From: an uncultured bacterium
Lineage (GTDB): Bacteria > Muiribacteriota > UBA6191
Length of the DNA: 64,000 nucleotides
Direction: 5' to 3'
Assembly (NCBI GenBank): GCA_964503595.1
Contig: CAZDAM010000003.1
Span: 5,844-69,843 of the forward strand
How positions within the stretch are numbered: the stretch's first letter is position 1; each line of letters opens with the position of its first letter. A program made the position numbers and the translations under genes. This document shows positions 1 to 9,206 of this stretch, piece by piece. The notes below the pieces were generated by a model. The model saw only the letters and a program-made list of their open reading frames with translations, was not told the DNA's origin and made no database searches.

Positions 1-5
1 GGCGC

Positions 6-671
6 ATGACAGGGTGGCATGGGGAAGCTCTCAAGGAACTGGATCCGGATCTGATGAGTCTTGATCTGGTGCGTTTCTTTAAAAGCCTGTCCCGTGAAGA
101 AGCCGGACTGGAACTCAATGATATCGCGACTCTGTTTTTTTCCATGCGCCTCGATTTCAGGGTCTTTGTGGCCAGAAGGCTGAGTGCCTTGAAATGGCTG
201 AAGGAAGTTCTGATTCGGGGGGTGGCAGGATCAAGAGATTTCGGGCTTGAGCTTTCCGAGACTTTTCTGGGTCTGCGCAAAGGATATGAATCCCGTTTGA
301 AATCCATTGGAGAAAGCATGCTGGAGGATTCTTCCGAAGGTTTTCATCACTGGCTTTTCGGGGGGCTCAAGCGTTCCGGGGATTTTGAGAATTCCAAACG
401 GGTTTTTGACGATCTGGAGAGACTGGAAGACGGGCATCTTCTGGCTTCTCTTGCGGGCGTCTTTCGGGACGTGGTTCTGCCGGATGCTGAGGGTCAGCTT
501 CTGAGTGCAGAATACGAAGTCGTTCAGTTGATGCGTCAGCCTTTTTCGGCGACGGATCTGGCATCCTTTTCTCAGCGACTGGTCACTGCCCGCTCCATGC
601 TTTATAATCAGCAACCACTCGAGCAGGTCCTCGATTATCTTGCCGTCTGGCTTCTGGGTCGTCTGGCCTGA
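6..671 (+). CDS. Hypothetical protein fragment; the 5' end probably lies upstream of the window. Possibly DNA polymerase III delta' (HolB) C-terminal helical region, judged only from holB-yaaT synteny.
   Basis: ORF runs from the window edge and ends 20 nt before a PSP1/YaaT gene. The holB-yaaT gene order is conserved in many bacteria. No diagnostic motif visible. Confidence 0.3.
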   Translation: MTGWHGEALKELDPDLMSLDLVRFFKSLSREEAGLELNDIATLFFSMRLDFRVFVARRLSALKWLKEVLIRGVAGSRDFGLELSETFLGLRKGYESRLKSIGESMLEDSSEGFHHWLFGGLKRSGDFENSKRVFDDLERLEDGHLLASLAGVFRDVVLPDAEGQLLSAEYEVVQLMRQPFSATDLASFSQRLVTARSMLYNQQPLEQVLDYLAVWLLGRLA

Positions 672-690
672 AGCCTTTTTTTCTAAACTT

Positions 691-1965
691 ATGAATGAAA
701 CAGAATTTGATCCAAATACCCAGGATGTCAATGACAATACCCTGGTTGCTATAGCTGATGGTCAGGGCAGTGGATTTGAGGAGGAAGACTTTTCCGAATC
801 CTCTCCCGCCCAGGGTGTGATTGCCGGACTCAGTTTCCGCAACAAACGAGGTGTCTTCACTCTGAGACAAAATGAATTTGAACTCAGAGAAGGACAGGGC
901 GTGGTTGTGAAAACCAATCGGGGCCGGGAGTTTGCCACGGTCAAGTACCTCGGACTGAACAAGGAAATCGATCGGGGGCGTGATCTCAGAATCTTTGAGA
1001 TCATCCGTATTGCGGATGAAAACGATCTGGCCACGGAAGAACGCAACCGCGCCCAGGAATTGCACTCCCAGTCCATCTGCATGGGCAGGGTGGAGGCATT
1101 GGGCCTTCGCATGAGGATTGTCCGGACCGAGCAGATCTTTGATGCTTCCCGGATAGTCTTTTATTTCGTAGCTCCCCAGAAAGTCGATTTCAGGGAACTG
1201 GTCAGGCAGCTGGCCTCTGAATTCAGGACCCGGATTGAACTTCGGCAGATCAACTCCCGCGAACATGTCGCCATGATGGGAGCTGTGGGTGCCTGCGGTC
1301 GTCAGACCTGCTGTTCAAGTTTTCTGACCAAAACTCCTTCGGTCAGCATGGACATGGTTGAAACCCAGTCTCTGGGAAAAAATCCGGGCAAGCTCAATGG
1401 AGTCTGTGGTCGCCTGAAATGCTGTATCTCCTACGAAAATGATTTTTATCGCGAGGCTCTGGAAGGAATTCCGACCAAAAGCTCCTGTGTGGGTTGTTCA
1501 AGCGGTAAGAAAGGCCGTGTCTGCGGTGTGAATGTGGTCAAGGAAGAGGTGCAGATCCGTCTGGAAGATGACAGCTACATCACCGTCAGTTTTGATGAGA
1601 TCCGACATAAGAAGAAGATTGATGACGAGCCTCGCAGGCCAAAGGCTGAACCTGAAGCTGAGAAAAAAGCTGTCAGCGTGGAAGAAAAGCCCCTGGAGCA
1701 GCAGGAGGCAAAGGAACCGGCCAGAGAGAAAGAGAATCGGGAGAGTCCAAGACGCCAGCGTCAGCGCAGAACGGAAAACCGTTCGGAAGAAAAAGCTGAA
1801 TCCCAGGTGACTCAGGAAAAGGAAACCGGGGAAAGCCCCCGTATGGAAGCGACTGAAAAATCTGAGGAAGAGAATCGTCCTCCCCGTCGTCGGCGCAATC
1901 GCCGGGGTCCACGCAAAAGCAGAAACCCCGAAGCTGGCAAGCCAGGGAGCGGATCGGAGCAATGA
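691..1965 (+). CDS. ricT: PSP1 C-terminal domain protein (YaaT/RicT family) with a long Lys/Glu/Arg-rich C-terminal tail
   Basis: Central block '...GACGRQTCCSSFLTK...VCGRLKCCISYENDFY' matches the PSP1/YaaT cysteine signature. Likely true start is ATG at 691 (MNETEF); the track start at 640 is an upstream alternative codon. Confidence 0.75.
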   Translation: MNETEFDPNTQDVNDNTLVAIADGQGSGFEEEDFSESSPAQGVIAGLSFRNKRGVFTLRQNEFELREGQGVVVKTNRGREFATVKYLGLNKEIDRGRDLRIFEIIRIADENDLATEERNRAQELHSQSICMGRVEALGLRMRIVRTEQIFDASRIVFYFVAPQKVDFRELVRQLASEFRTRIELRQINSREHVAMMGAVGACGRQTCCSSFLTKTPSVSMDMVETQSLGKNPGKLNGVCGRLKCCISYENDFYREALEGIPTKSSCVGCSSGKKGRVCGVNVVKEEVQIRLEDDSYITVSFDEIRHKKKIDDEPRRPKAEPEAEKKAVSVEEKPLEQQEAKEPAREKENRESPRRQRQRRTENRSEEKAESQVTQEKETGESPRMEATEKSEEENRPPRRRRNRRGPRKSRNPEAGKPGSGSEQ

Positions 1966-2789
1966 GGGAAAGCATGGGAAATCCAGCCAGAGTACTTGGA
2001 TTGATCGCTGGAGCCGGGGATATGCCCCGGGAGATTATTCGGGCAGCCCAGGAAGAAGGGTATGAAATTGCCTGTGTGGCTTTGAGCGGTATGGCCCATC
2101 CTGATTATGCTGAAGTCTGCTCCAAGACTCTTTATGTCCACCTGGGAGAGCTGGATAAGACCATGCTGTTTTTTCAGGAGCATGGGGTTCAGGAGCTCTT
2201 CTTTGCCGGAAAAGTCGAAAAAACCAGACTTTTCTCTACCGGACTCAAGCTGGACGGGACGGCCCAGCAGCTGTTTTCCGGCCTGATGACCAGAAATGAT
2301 GATGCAATTTTAAGCGGAGTCGCCGAACTTCTAGCCAGCAAGGGTCTCAAGGTTCTTGATTCCACCCGTTTTCTGAAGAGCATTCTCCCCCCAAAAGGGG
2401 TTCTGACCGGAGAGGAATTGCCGGATGGAGTGCGCCAGGAGATTGATTTTGGCTATAAAATGGCCAAGTCCATCGCGGATCTGGATATCGGGCAGACAGT
2501 CGTGGTCAAAGACCGTATCGTCCTTGCTGTGGAAGCCATTGAGGGCACCGATGAGGCCATCCTTAGAGGGGGGAGTCTCGGACGGGTGGATACGGTTGTG
2601 GTGAAAGTGGCGAAGCCCTCCCAGGACCTGCGCTTTGATATGCCCACGGTAGGCCCGGTTACGATTCAGCACTGCATTGAGGCGAAGGTGAAGGCTTTGG
2701 CCTTTGATTCCGGAGCGACCATTCTTCTGAATCGTGATGAAGTTCTCAAAATGGCCCGTGAAAACAGCATCCTGATTGTTTCCCTGTAA
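1962..2789 (+). CDS. lpxI: UDP-2,3-diacylglucosamine hydrolase LpxI (DUF1009)
   Basis: 'LGLIAGAGDMP' N-terminus and 'LDIGQTVVVKDRIVLAVEAIEGTDEAILRGG' block match Caulobacter-type LpxI. Lies immediately upstream of lpxB. Confidence 0.8.
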   Translation: MRESMGNPARVLGLIAGAGDMPREIIRAAQEEGYEIACVALSGMAHPDYAEVCSKTLYVHLGELDKTMLFFQEHGVQELFFAGKVEKTRLFSTGLKLDGTAQQLFSGLMTRNDDAILSGVAELLASKGLKVLDSTRFLKSILPPKGVLTGEELPDGVRQEIDFGYKMAKSIADLDIGQTVVVKDRIVLAVEAIEGTDEAILRGGSLGRVDTVVVKVAKPSQDLRFDMPTVGPVTIQHCIEAKVKALAFDSGATILLNRDEVLKMARENSILIVSL

Positions 2790-3926
2790 GTGATGGGTAC
2801 AGCGCAGGGTGGGACAAAGAACCTGCTGATTCTGGCAGGAGAAGACTCCGGAGATCTACACGGAGCCGAGCTTGTACGCGAGCTTTTGAAGCATCCGGGA
2901 ATCCGTGTTTATGCTTACGGTGGGCAGCGCATGCAAAAGGCAGGGGCTCATCTTCTGAAAAATACGATGGATACCGCGGTTGTTGGCGTTTTTGAGGTTC
3001 TGAAAGCCTTGCCCCGCCTGTTAAGTCTGCAGAAAAGAATCCGCCAGTGGGTTGTGCAGAACCTGCCTCAGGCCGTGATCATGATTGATTATCCCGGATT
3101 TCATATGCGCCAGCTTTCCCATCTGGCTGGTCTGGTGTCGGTCTTTTATTATATTCCTCCCAAGGTCTGGGCCTGGAAGCCTGGCCGGGCCCGGCTTCTT
3201 CTTGAGCACTGCCGGAGGATTTACACGATTTTCCCTTTTGAGAACCGCTATTTCCCGGGGGAAAACACCCGTTATTTTGGCCATCCCCTGATGGATACAA
3301 CCAGGCCCTCCATGAATAAAAACGAGTTTTTAAACCTCCTGGGCCTGAAGCCTTCGGAGCGTCTCGTGGGTCTTTTGCCGGGTTCAAGAAAAATGGAAGT
3401 CAGAACCATGCTTCCGGAATTTCTGAAAACGGCTGAGTCTCTTTCCCAGCGTCACCGGGATCTGGTCTTTGCCGTAGCCCGGCCGACGTCCATGCCGGAA
3501 TCCTTTTATACCCAAATCAGAAAATCAAAGCTTCCGATTCGCCTGGTGGAGAATCAGTCTCTGGAACTTATCGGGGCCAGTCACCTGATTCTGGCGACAT
3601 CGGGCACGGTGACTCTTGAGGCGGCAATTCTCAAGACTCCCATGCTGATCTGCAACAAAGTCCATCCGATCACCAAATTTGCTTTTGACAAGCTGGCCCA
3701 GACCAGGTGGGTTGGACTTCCCAACATCATTGCGGGAAGAGAAATCAGCCCTGAATTCCTGCAGCAGAAAATGAAGGCCGAGGAGCTTTTCACCTATGCG
3801 TCCCGTCTGCTTGCGGATGATGTTCTTTGGCAGCATCAGGTCGATGAGCTGGAAAAAGTCGTGAAGCGTCTGGGTGAGCCGGGAGTTGTTTCCAGAGTGG
3901 CTGGGGATATGGTGGCAAGCCTGTGA
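2790..3926 (+). CDS. lpxB: Lipid-A-disaccharide synthase LpxB (GT19)
   Basis: 'LILAGEDSGDLHGAELV', 'DYPGF', 'LPGSR' and 'ATSGTVTLEAA' motifs match the LpxB family. Followed by an msbA-like gene. Confidence 0.85.
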   Translation: MMGTAQGGTKNLLILAGEDSGDLHGAELVRELLKHPGIRVYAYGGQRMQKAGAHLLKNTMDTAVVGVFEVLKALPRLLSLQKRIRQWVVQNLPQAVIMIDYPGFHMRQLSHLAGLVSVFYYIPPKVWAWKPGRARLLLEHCRRIYTIFPFENRYFPGENTRYFGHPLMDTTRPSMNKNEFLNLLGLKPSERLVGLLPGSRKMEVRTMLPEFLKTAESLSQRHRDLVFAVARPTSMPESFYTQIRKSKLPIRLVENQSLELIGASHLILATSGTVTLEAAILKTPMLICNKVHPITKFAFDKLAQTRWVGLPNIIAGREISPEFLQQKMKAEELFTYASRLLADDVLWQHQVDELEKVVKRLGEPGVVSRVAGDMVASL

Positions 3927-5680
3927 GTGATCTCAAGCTTTTATGGCCCTATCTCAAGCGTTACTGGCCAGCCATGGTGGCCTCCCTGATTGGGGCTGCG
4001 ATTGTGGCTTTGGCAACCACTGCCAATGCCGAGGTTCTCAAGCACCTTCTGGATAAGGTGCTGGTTCCACCGGATGCCGGAGATATCCAGGCCTACTATG
4101 CCTCCCAGGAAGCCAATCTCCTGTGGGTGACGGTCATGGCCGTGGTGGTGACTCTGACCAAAGGTGGGGGAGATTTTCTGAAGTCCTACAGCCTAAGCTG
4201 GGTTCAGCAGAAGGCTGTCATGAATCTGCGCAAGGACTTTTTCTGTCACCTGCAGTCCTTGCCCATGAGGTTTTTTGCCACTTCCCGTACCGGGGATCTG
4301 ATTTCCAGGCTGAATGCGGACATCATGGCGATTGAGAACCTGTTTCGTCAGTGCATCAACTCTTTGGCTGAGCCACTGGTCATTCTCTGCCTGATTTCCT
4401 ATATGTTCTGGGTGCAGTGGAAGCTTGCTCTCCTGATTTTTGTGATTGTCCCGATTCTTGGAGTCGTGGTCCGGGCACTTTCCGTACGGTTGAGAAGGGC
4501 TGGAGAGCGTCTTCAGGCCAAAGCCGGAGATATTTCCGCCCTGGTTCAGGAAACTGTCACGGGGATTCGGATTATCAAGGCCTTTGGCTTTGAGAAGCGC
4601 CGCGAAGACTTCTTTGAGACTGAGCTTCAGGCCGGTTTCGGCCACTCCATGAAGGCGGTCAAGTATACGGCCCTGACCAGTCCGGCGGTAGAATTTGCAG
4701 ATTCCATCGGGGTTGCCCTGATGCTCTATCTGGGTTCCAAATCCGTAATTGATGGAGTCATCAGCCCTGGGCAGCTGATTGCTTTTCTGACCTGTCTGGG
4801 GCTTCTGTTTCAGCCGCTCAAAAAAATCACTCAGGCGAATGCGCAGATTCAGGCCTCCCTTGGAGCCATTCGCCGTGTTTTTGAAATTCTGGAAGAGCCC
4901 AGGGAAATCGATTCTGGAACCCGAACAGTGGCAGATCCTTCCGGTGGGGTCATCCTGAATTTTGACAATATCTGCTTTGCCTATTCCGATGATAAGCCGG
5001 TTCTCAAACAGTTGACCTTTGAAGCTAGACCGGGCGAAACCATTGCCCTCGTTGGACCTTCGGGGGCTGGAAAAACCACGGTTCTGGGCCTTTTGCCCCG
5101 CTTTATCCGGGAGGGGTCCGGTAAAATTCTGATCAACGGAGAAGAGGCAGACTCCTATTCTTTGAAGTCTTTACGTTCCATCATGGGAATTGTACCTCAG
5201 GAAGTCGTCCTTTTTTCCGGAACGATTGCGGACAATGTGCGCATGGGTCGTCCAGAAGCAACGGATGAAGAGGTACGTGAGGCCTGTCGTATGGCCAATG
5301 CTCATGAATTCATCGAAAAACTTCCTGAAGAGTACAATTCAAGAGTCGCGGAAATGGGAGTTGGTCTGAGTGGAGGGCAGAGGCAGAGAATCGCCATTGC
5401 CAGAGCCCTGTTAAGGGATCCCGCCCTGCTTTTACTGGATGAAGCGACCTCGGCCCTGGATTCTCAATCCGAAACTCTCGTGCAGGAATCCTTGAAAACC
5501 CTTATGAAGGGGCGTACAACATTGGTAGTCGCTCATCGGATTACGACCATTCGTGATGCGGACAGAATTTTAGTGATGGAACAGGGACAGCTGATTGATT
5601 CGGGAAGGCATGAAGAGCTTTTAGGCCGCTGCTCTCTATATGCAGAGCTTTGCCGGGGACTGAGTGAGGCATGCCCATGA
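3923..5680 (+). CDS. msbA: ABC transporter permease/ATPase, lipid A flippase MsbA-like
   Basis: Six-TM N-domain, Walker A 'GPSGAGKTT', ABC signature 'LSGGQRQRIAIARAL' and Walker B 'LLLDEATSALD'. Embedded between lpx genes. Confidence 0.8.
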   Translation: MSDLKLLWPYLKRYWPAMVASLIGAAIVALATTANAEVLKHLLDKVLVPPDAGDIQAYYASQEANLLWVTVMAVVVTLTKGGGDFLKSYSLSWVQQKAVMNLRKDFFCHLQSLPMRFFATSRTGDLISRLNADIMAIENLFRQCINSLAEPLVILCLISYMFWVQWKLALLIFVIVPILGVVVRALSVRLRRAGERLQAKAGDISALVQETVTGIRIIKAFGFEKRREDFFETELQAGFGHSMKAVKYTALTSPAVEFADSIGVALMLYLGSKSVIDGVISPGQLIAFLTCLGLLFQPLKKITQANAQIQASLGAIRRVFEILEEPREIDSGTRTVADPSGGVILNFDNICFAYSDDKPVLKQLTFEARPGETIALVGPSGAGKTTVLGLLPRFIREGSGKILINGEEADSYSLKSLRSIMGIVPQEVVLFSGTIADNVRMGRPEATDEEVREACRMANAHEFIEKLPEEYNSRVAEMGVGLSGGQRQRIAIARALLRDPALLLLDEATSALDSQSETLVQESLKTLMKGRTTLVVAHRITTIRDADRILVMEQGQLIDSGRHEELLGRCSLYAELCRGLSEACP

Positions 5681-6840
5681 CGAAGCGTGTCTTTGTTTCT
5701 GCCGGAGAGTATTCGGGAAGTCTTTACATGGCTTCCATCTTAAGGCGTTTCCACGAGCTTCATCCGGAAGTGAAGTTTTTTGGGGTTGGTGGCAGTGAAA
5801 TGCAGGAAGCCGGGGTGGAGCTTCTCTACAATTCGGATTCCTGGGGTTCGATTGGTCTGGTTGAGGCTGTCAAGCGCTGGCGCCTGATTCCGGTTAATTT
5901 TCATCTGCGCAGGATTCTGGAAAAAGAGAAGCCGGATCTGCTGCTTCTGGCGGATTATCCGGGCTTCAATATGCCCCTGGTCCGTAAAGGTCAGGGACTT
6001 GGTATCAAAAGCGTTTATCTGTTCCCGCCCCGTAAATTTGCCCGTCGGGCCGAAGATGTTGCGGAAGCAGCCAAAGCCATCACCAGAGTCGCGGCAGAGT
6101 TTGAGCCGACTTATACGGCCTATCTGAAGGCTGGAGCCCAGGTGGATTTTGTCGGCCACCCCATGCTTGATATTCTGCCGCGGGAAGATCGGTACATGCT
6201 TAGGGAAAAGAATGGAATTCAGGCAGATGAAAAACTGGTTCTTGTCATGCCAGGAAGCCGGGCCCAGGAAGTTTCCATGCTCTTGCCCGAGTTTGCCGGA
6301 ACCCTGCCCCTGATTCATTCTAAAGTTCCAAAAGTCCGCTTTGTGATGCTGGGTGCCTCCAATTTTGAGAAGGACTCCTGCATTTGCGAATGTCTCAAGG
6401 CTTTTTGTGAGCGCCAGAGACAAGCGGGTCTTAATATTGAACTGGTCTTTGAAAACCGTTTTCACTGGATGCAGCAGGCTGACTTTGCCCTGGTGAGCTC
6501 AGGAACGGCGACAATGGAACTTCTTGTTTATGGGGTTCCCATGATCATCTGCTACAGGGTTTCTCTTTTGACCGAAGTTCTGGCCCGCGCTCTGACCCGC
6601 GAACTTCCGGACAATATCGGGCTTCCCAATCTTCTGGCCGGAAAGCGGATTGTGCCGGAATTCATTCAGCGTCAGGCAACTCCTGAGGTCATGGCCAAGG
6701 CTGCAATCGAACTTTTATTGAGCCAGGAGATTCAGGATCAGATGCGCCTGGAGTTTGAGGATATTCGGGCCAAACTGGGTGGAACGGGGAGTATCGATCG
6801 TTTGTGCCGGGTACTGGCAGAAGAGCTTGGCTTGCGTTAG
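5671..6840 (+). CDS. lpxB: Second lipid-A-disaccharide synthase paralog (LpxB family, GT19)
   Basis: 'VFVSAGEYSGSLYMASIL', 'DYPGFNMPL', 'MPGSRAQEV' and 'SSGTATMELL' match the same LpxB motif set as the 2790 gene, but the sequence is divergent. Confidence 0.7.
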   Translation: MPMTKRVFVSAGEYSGSLYMASILRRFHELHPEVKFFGVGGSEMQEAGVELLYNSDSWGSIGLVEAVKRWRLIPVNFHLRRILEKEKPDLLLLADYPGFNMPLVRKGQGLGIKSVYLFPPRKFARRAEDVAEAAKAITRVAAEFEPTYTAYLKAGAQVDFVGHPMLDILPREDRYMLREKNGIQADEKLVLVMPGSRAQEVSMLLPEFAGTLPLIHSKVPKVRFVMLGASNFEKDSCICECLKAFCERQRQAGLNIELVFENRFHWMQQADFALVSSGTATMELLVYGVPMIICYRVSLLTEVLARALTRELPDNIGLPNLLAGKRIVPEFIQRQATPEVMAKAAIELLLSQEIQDQMRLEFEDIRAKLGGTGSIDRLCRVLAEELGLR

Positions 6841-7850
6841 CGGGTGCTGTGAAACTTCAGGCGTTCCTGATCTCCGGTTTGTATCTTCTGGCGAGATTCG
6901 TGATTCGTCTGTTTCCCCGAAAGCTCTGGTTGAGGCTTTTCGGCTTTGTGGCCTGGATTCTTGGCTCCTTCCCGCTGGGACCGGCCCATAAAACGCTGAA
7001 TGTGATTCAATCACGCCGTAAGGCCTTGGGGATGCCACTTCTGAATACAAGAAAAGTACTTCGTATCAATATCTTCTATCTTTTCAAGAATTTCGTGGAC
7101 TTCTTTCATCTGTTGGATGGACCACCGCAGAAATTCATGAGTCTGGTGCATTGTTCATCAGAAGAGCTGGTCAGGCTTCATCAGTACAGGGACAGCCAGA
7201 AAGGAACTCTGGTCTGGTCTCCTCACTGGGGAAACTGGGAAGCCGGAGCCATTTTTATGGCAGTGAATGACTGCCCATTGGGCTCCCTTTATTTTGAGCA
7301 GATTGATAAGGGTCTTAATGGCCGGATCAATCAGGTGCGCCAGAATGTCGGAACCCGGCTATTTCACCAGCGAAAGGGGCTCCGCCAGGCAGTGGAGTTT
7401 CTGAAGTCCGGGGGGTTTTTATGTATTCTGGGAGATCAGGATGGAACCAGGGCGGGCTGCTTTCTGGAATTCTGTGGCCTGCTCTGCTCTTTCCCAAGAG
7501 CTTCGGAGCTGTTTCTGAAAAAATCCGATGCGGCTTTTGTGCCCGTTTACTGTGCCCATCGGGGTGATGCCTATGAATTCCGTGTTTTCCCGGAAATTCC
7601 CTTTAGTCAGGAAGAACTCAGGGAAAGCCCCCAGACCTTTCATCGCAGAATTGCCATTCTTCTGGAAACCATGGTGCTTGAGGAGCCCGAGCAGTGGCTG
7701 CTCTTCTACGACCGTTTCAAATTCCGGCACAACTCCCGTTTGCAGGAATGGGGCATTGAGGATTTCTGTCGCAGTTCGTTTCAGAAAGCCTGGAAAGGTG
7801 AAATCCCTCCTAAAGTCTCCGAGCCCTACCAAAGCGGGAGGATTGGCTAG
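6804..7850 (+). CDS. Lipid A biosynthesis late acyltransferase (LpxL/HtrB family, LPLAT)
   Basis: N-terminal TM segment and 'WSPHWGNWEAG' (HX4E acyltransferase motif) typical of LpxL/LpxM. Exact start uncertain because the ORF overlaps the lpxB-paralog end. Confidence 0.65.
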   Translation: MPGTGRRAWLALAGAVKLQAFLISGLYLLARFVIRLFPRKLWLRLFGFVAWILGSFPLGPAHKTLNVIQSRRKALGMPLLNTRKVLRINIFYLFKNFVDFFHLLDGPPQKFMSLVHCSSEELVRLHQYRDSQKGTLVWSPHWGNWEAGAIFMAVNDCPLGSLYFEQIDKGLNGRINQVRQNVGTRLFHQRKGLRQAVEFLKSGGFLCILGDQDGTRAGCFLEFCGLLCSFPRASELFLKKSDAAFVPVYCAHRGDAYEFRVFPEIPFSQEELRESPQTFHRRIAILLETMVLEEPEQWLLFYDRFKFRHNSRLQEWGIEDFCRSSFQKAWKGEIPPKVSEPYQSGRIG

Positions 7851-8240
7851 AGCACTGATCCGATCCGGATTTTCAAGATAAATGGCTATATAGCCTTCCC
7901 CACCGGCTTAAGGGCAGCGCTCCATATAAAGAAGAGAATCAGATAATGATTGAAACGTCTGAGGCTGACACCCTCTCCCCAGGTCTGAAAAACTGAATAT
8001 CCCCGTCTTTTTAGCAGGGGTTCATAGAATTTTCTGGAAACCTTCAGATCAGCAACATAGACTTCGGTGTGATGTACCGTCCCGGACGCATAGTACTAGG
8101 CTGAAACACTTCTGATATGCTGGGTGATGGAGCTTTTCAAGGATTCCGGGTCTGACTGGAGTCTGCCCTGGAATCAAAAGCGATCGGGGGGACGAAAAAC
8201 ATCACATCCTCCTTCTACATGGGTAAAGAGAGGGGTAAAG

Positions 8241-9206
8241 GTGCCAAGAGTTGCAATTATCGGAGCCGGTCTGAGTGGTTCTGTTCTGGCCGGTCGCCTG
8301 AGTCAGGCAGGAATTGTGGCTGATGTATTTGAGAAGTCACGGGGAGCCGGGGGGAGGCTTTCTACCAGACGGACGGACTCAGGCAGGGTCAATCATGGAG
8401 CCGGTTTTGTGCATGCCCATGATCCCGGTTTTCGTGATTTCCTTGCTCGTCAGGAAGGAATGCTCTGCCTTGAACCTGAAAGTGTACGCATCCGCTCAGG
8501 CTTTGGGGTTGTTTCTCAGGGAGAAGGCAGGCAGACATCCCGATTCTGTCATCCGGAAGGGATGAATCATTTATGCCGTAACCTGCTTGTGAATAGCAGC
8601 TTGAAAACGGAAAGCAAGGTGACTTCCGTGAAGAAAAAACTGCTTCGTGGCATTGAGTTGTATTCCAGTGAAGTGTCTCTGGGATTCTATGATTGGGTTG
8701 TTACAACCTGCCCACCGGCTCAGGCAGCCGAGATTCTAGGAGGTGTGGCCAGCTTTTCCCGAGCCATTGCGAGTCAGGAATTTCTCCCGGCCTGGGTTCT
8801 GGTGACTTTTCCGAAGAAAGAGGATCTTCCGGGATGGGATTTTGCCGAAGTCGATGATTCTCCGATCTATCAGATTGAAATCCAGAAATTTGCGGATTCC
8901 GTAGCCCTGAAAGCCACAGCTGCGGTGGATTTCTCCCGAAAATATCTGGATTCTGAACCCGAAGCGATTGAGAGTGAACTTCGTCTGGCCCTGGAAGCAA
9001 TTCTTGGAAGAAAGATCGAGGAGTCCGGATTTTGTCATCGCTGGCGCTATGCCCGTCCAGCTACGCGTAATGAAGAAGGTTTTTATCGGGATGGCAGGGT
9101 TCTGGCCATAGGGGACTGGTGCCGGAACGGTTCTTCCGAGGATGCGTTTTTGAGTGCGAATCAGGCAGCGGATCATATGCTGAAGAAGATGGGGAGACTG
9201 TTTTGA
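8241..9206 (+). CDS. NAD(P)/FAD-dependent oxidoreductase (renalase/amine-oxidase-like Rossmann protein)
   Basis: 'VAIIGAGLSGSVLAGRL' dinucleotide-binding motif sits just after an in-frame GTG at 8241 preceded by 'gagagggg'. The track N-terminal extension from 8124 looks non-native. Confidence 0.6.
   Translation: MPRVAIIGAGLSGSVLAGRLSQAGIVADVFEKSRGAGGRLSTRRTDSGRVNHGAGFVHAHDPGFRDFLARQEGMLCLEPESVRIRSGFGVVSQGEGRQTSRFCHPEGMNHLCRNLLVNSSLKTESKVTSVKKKLLRGIELYSSEVSLGFYDWVVTTCPPAQAAEILGGVASFSRAIASQEFLPAWVLVTFPKKEDLPGWDFAEVDDSPIYQIEIQKFADSVALKATAAVDFSRKYLDSEPEAIESELRLALEAILGRKIEESGFCHRWRYARPATRNEEGFYRDGRVLAIGDWCRNGSSEDAFLSANQAADHMLKKMGRLF

Noticed and set aside
640-690. Upstream start for yaaT at 640
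   Set aside because: It overlaps the preceding gene, and the hydrophobic 'PSGFWVVWPEAFF' peptide looks unlike the YaaT N-terminus. ATG at 691 (MNETEF) fits better.
8124-8240. N-terminal 39-aa extension of the oxidoreductase ORF (track start 8124)
   Set aside because: The extension looks non-native and precedes the Rossmann GxGxxG, which normally sits at the extreme N-terminus. An in-frame GTG at 8241 with an upstream purine-rich RBS is the likelier start.
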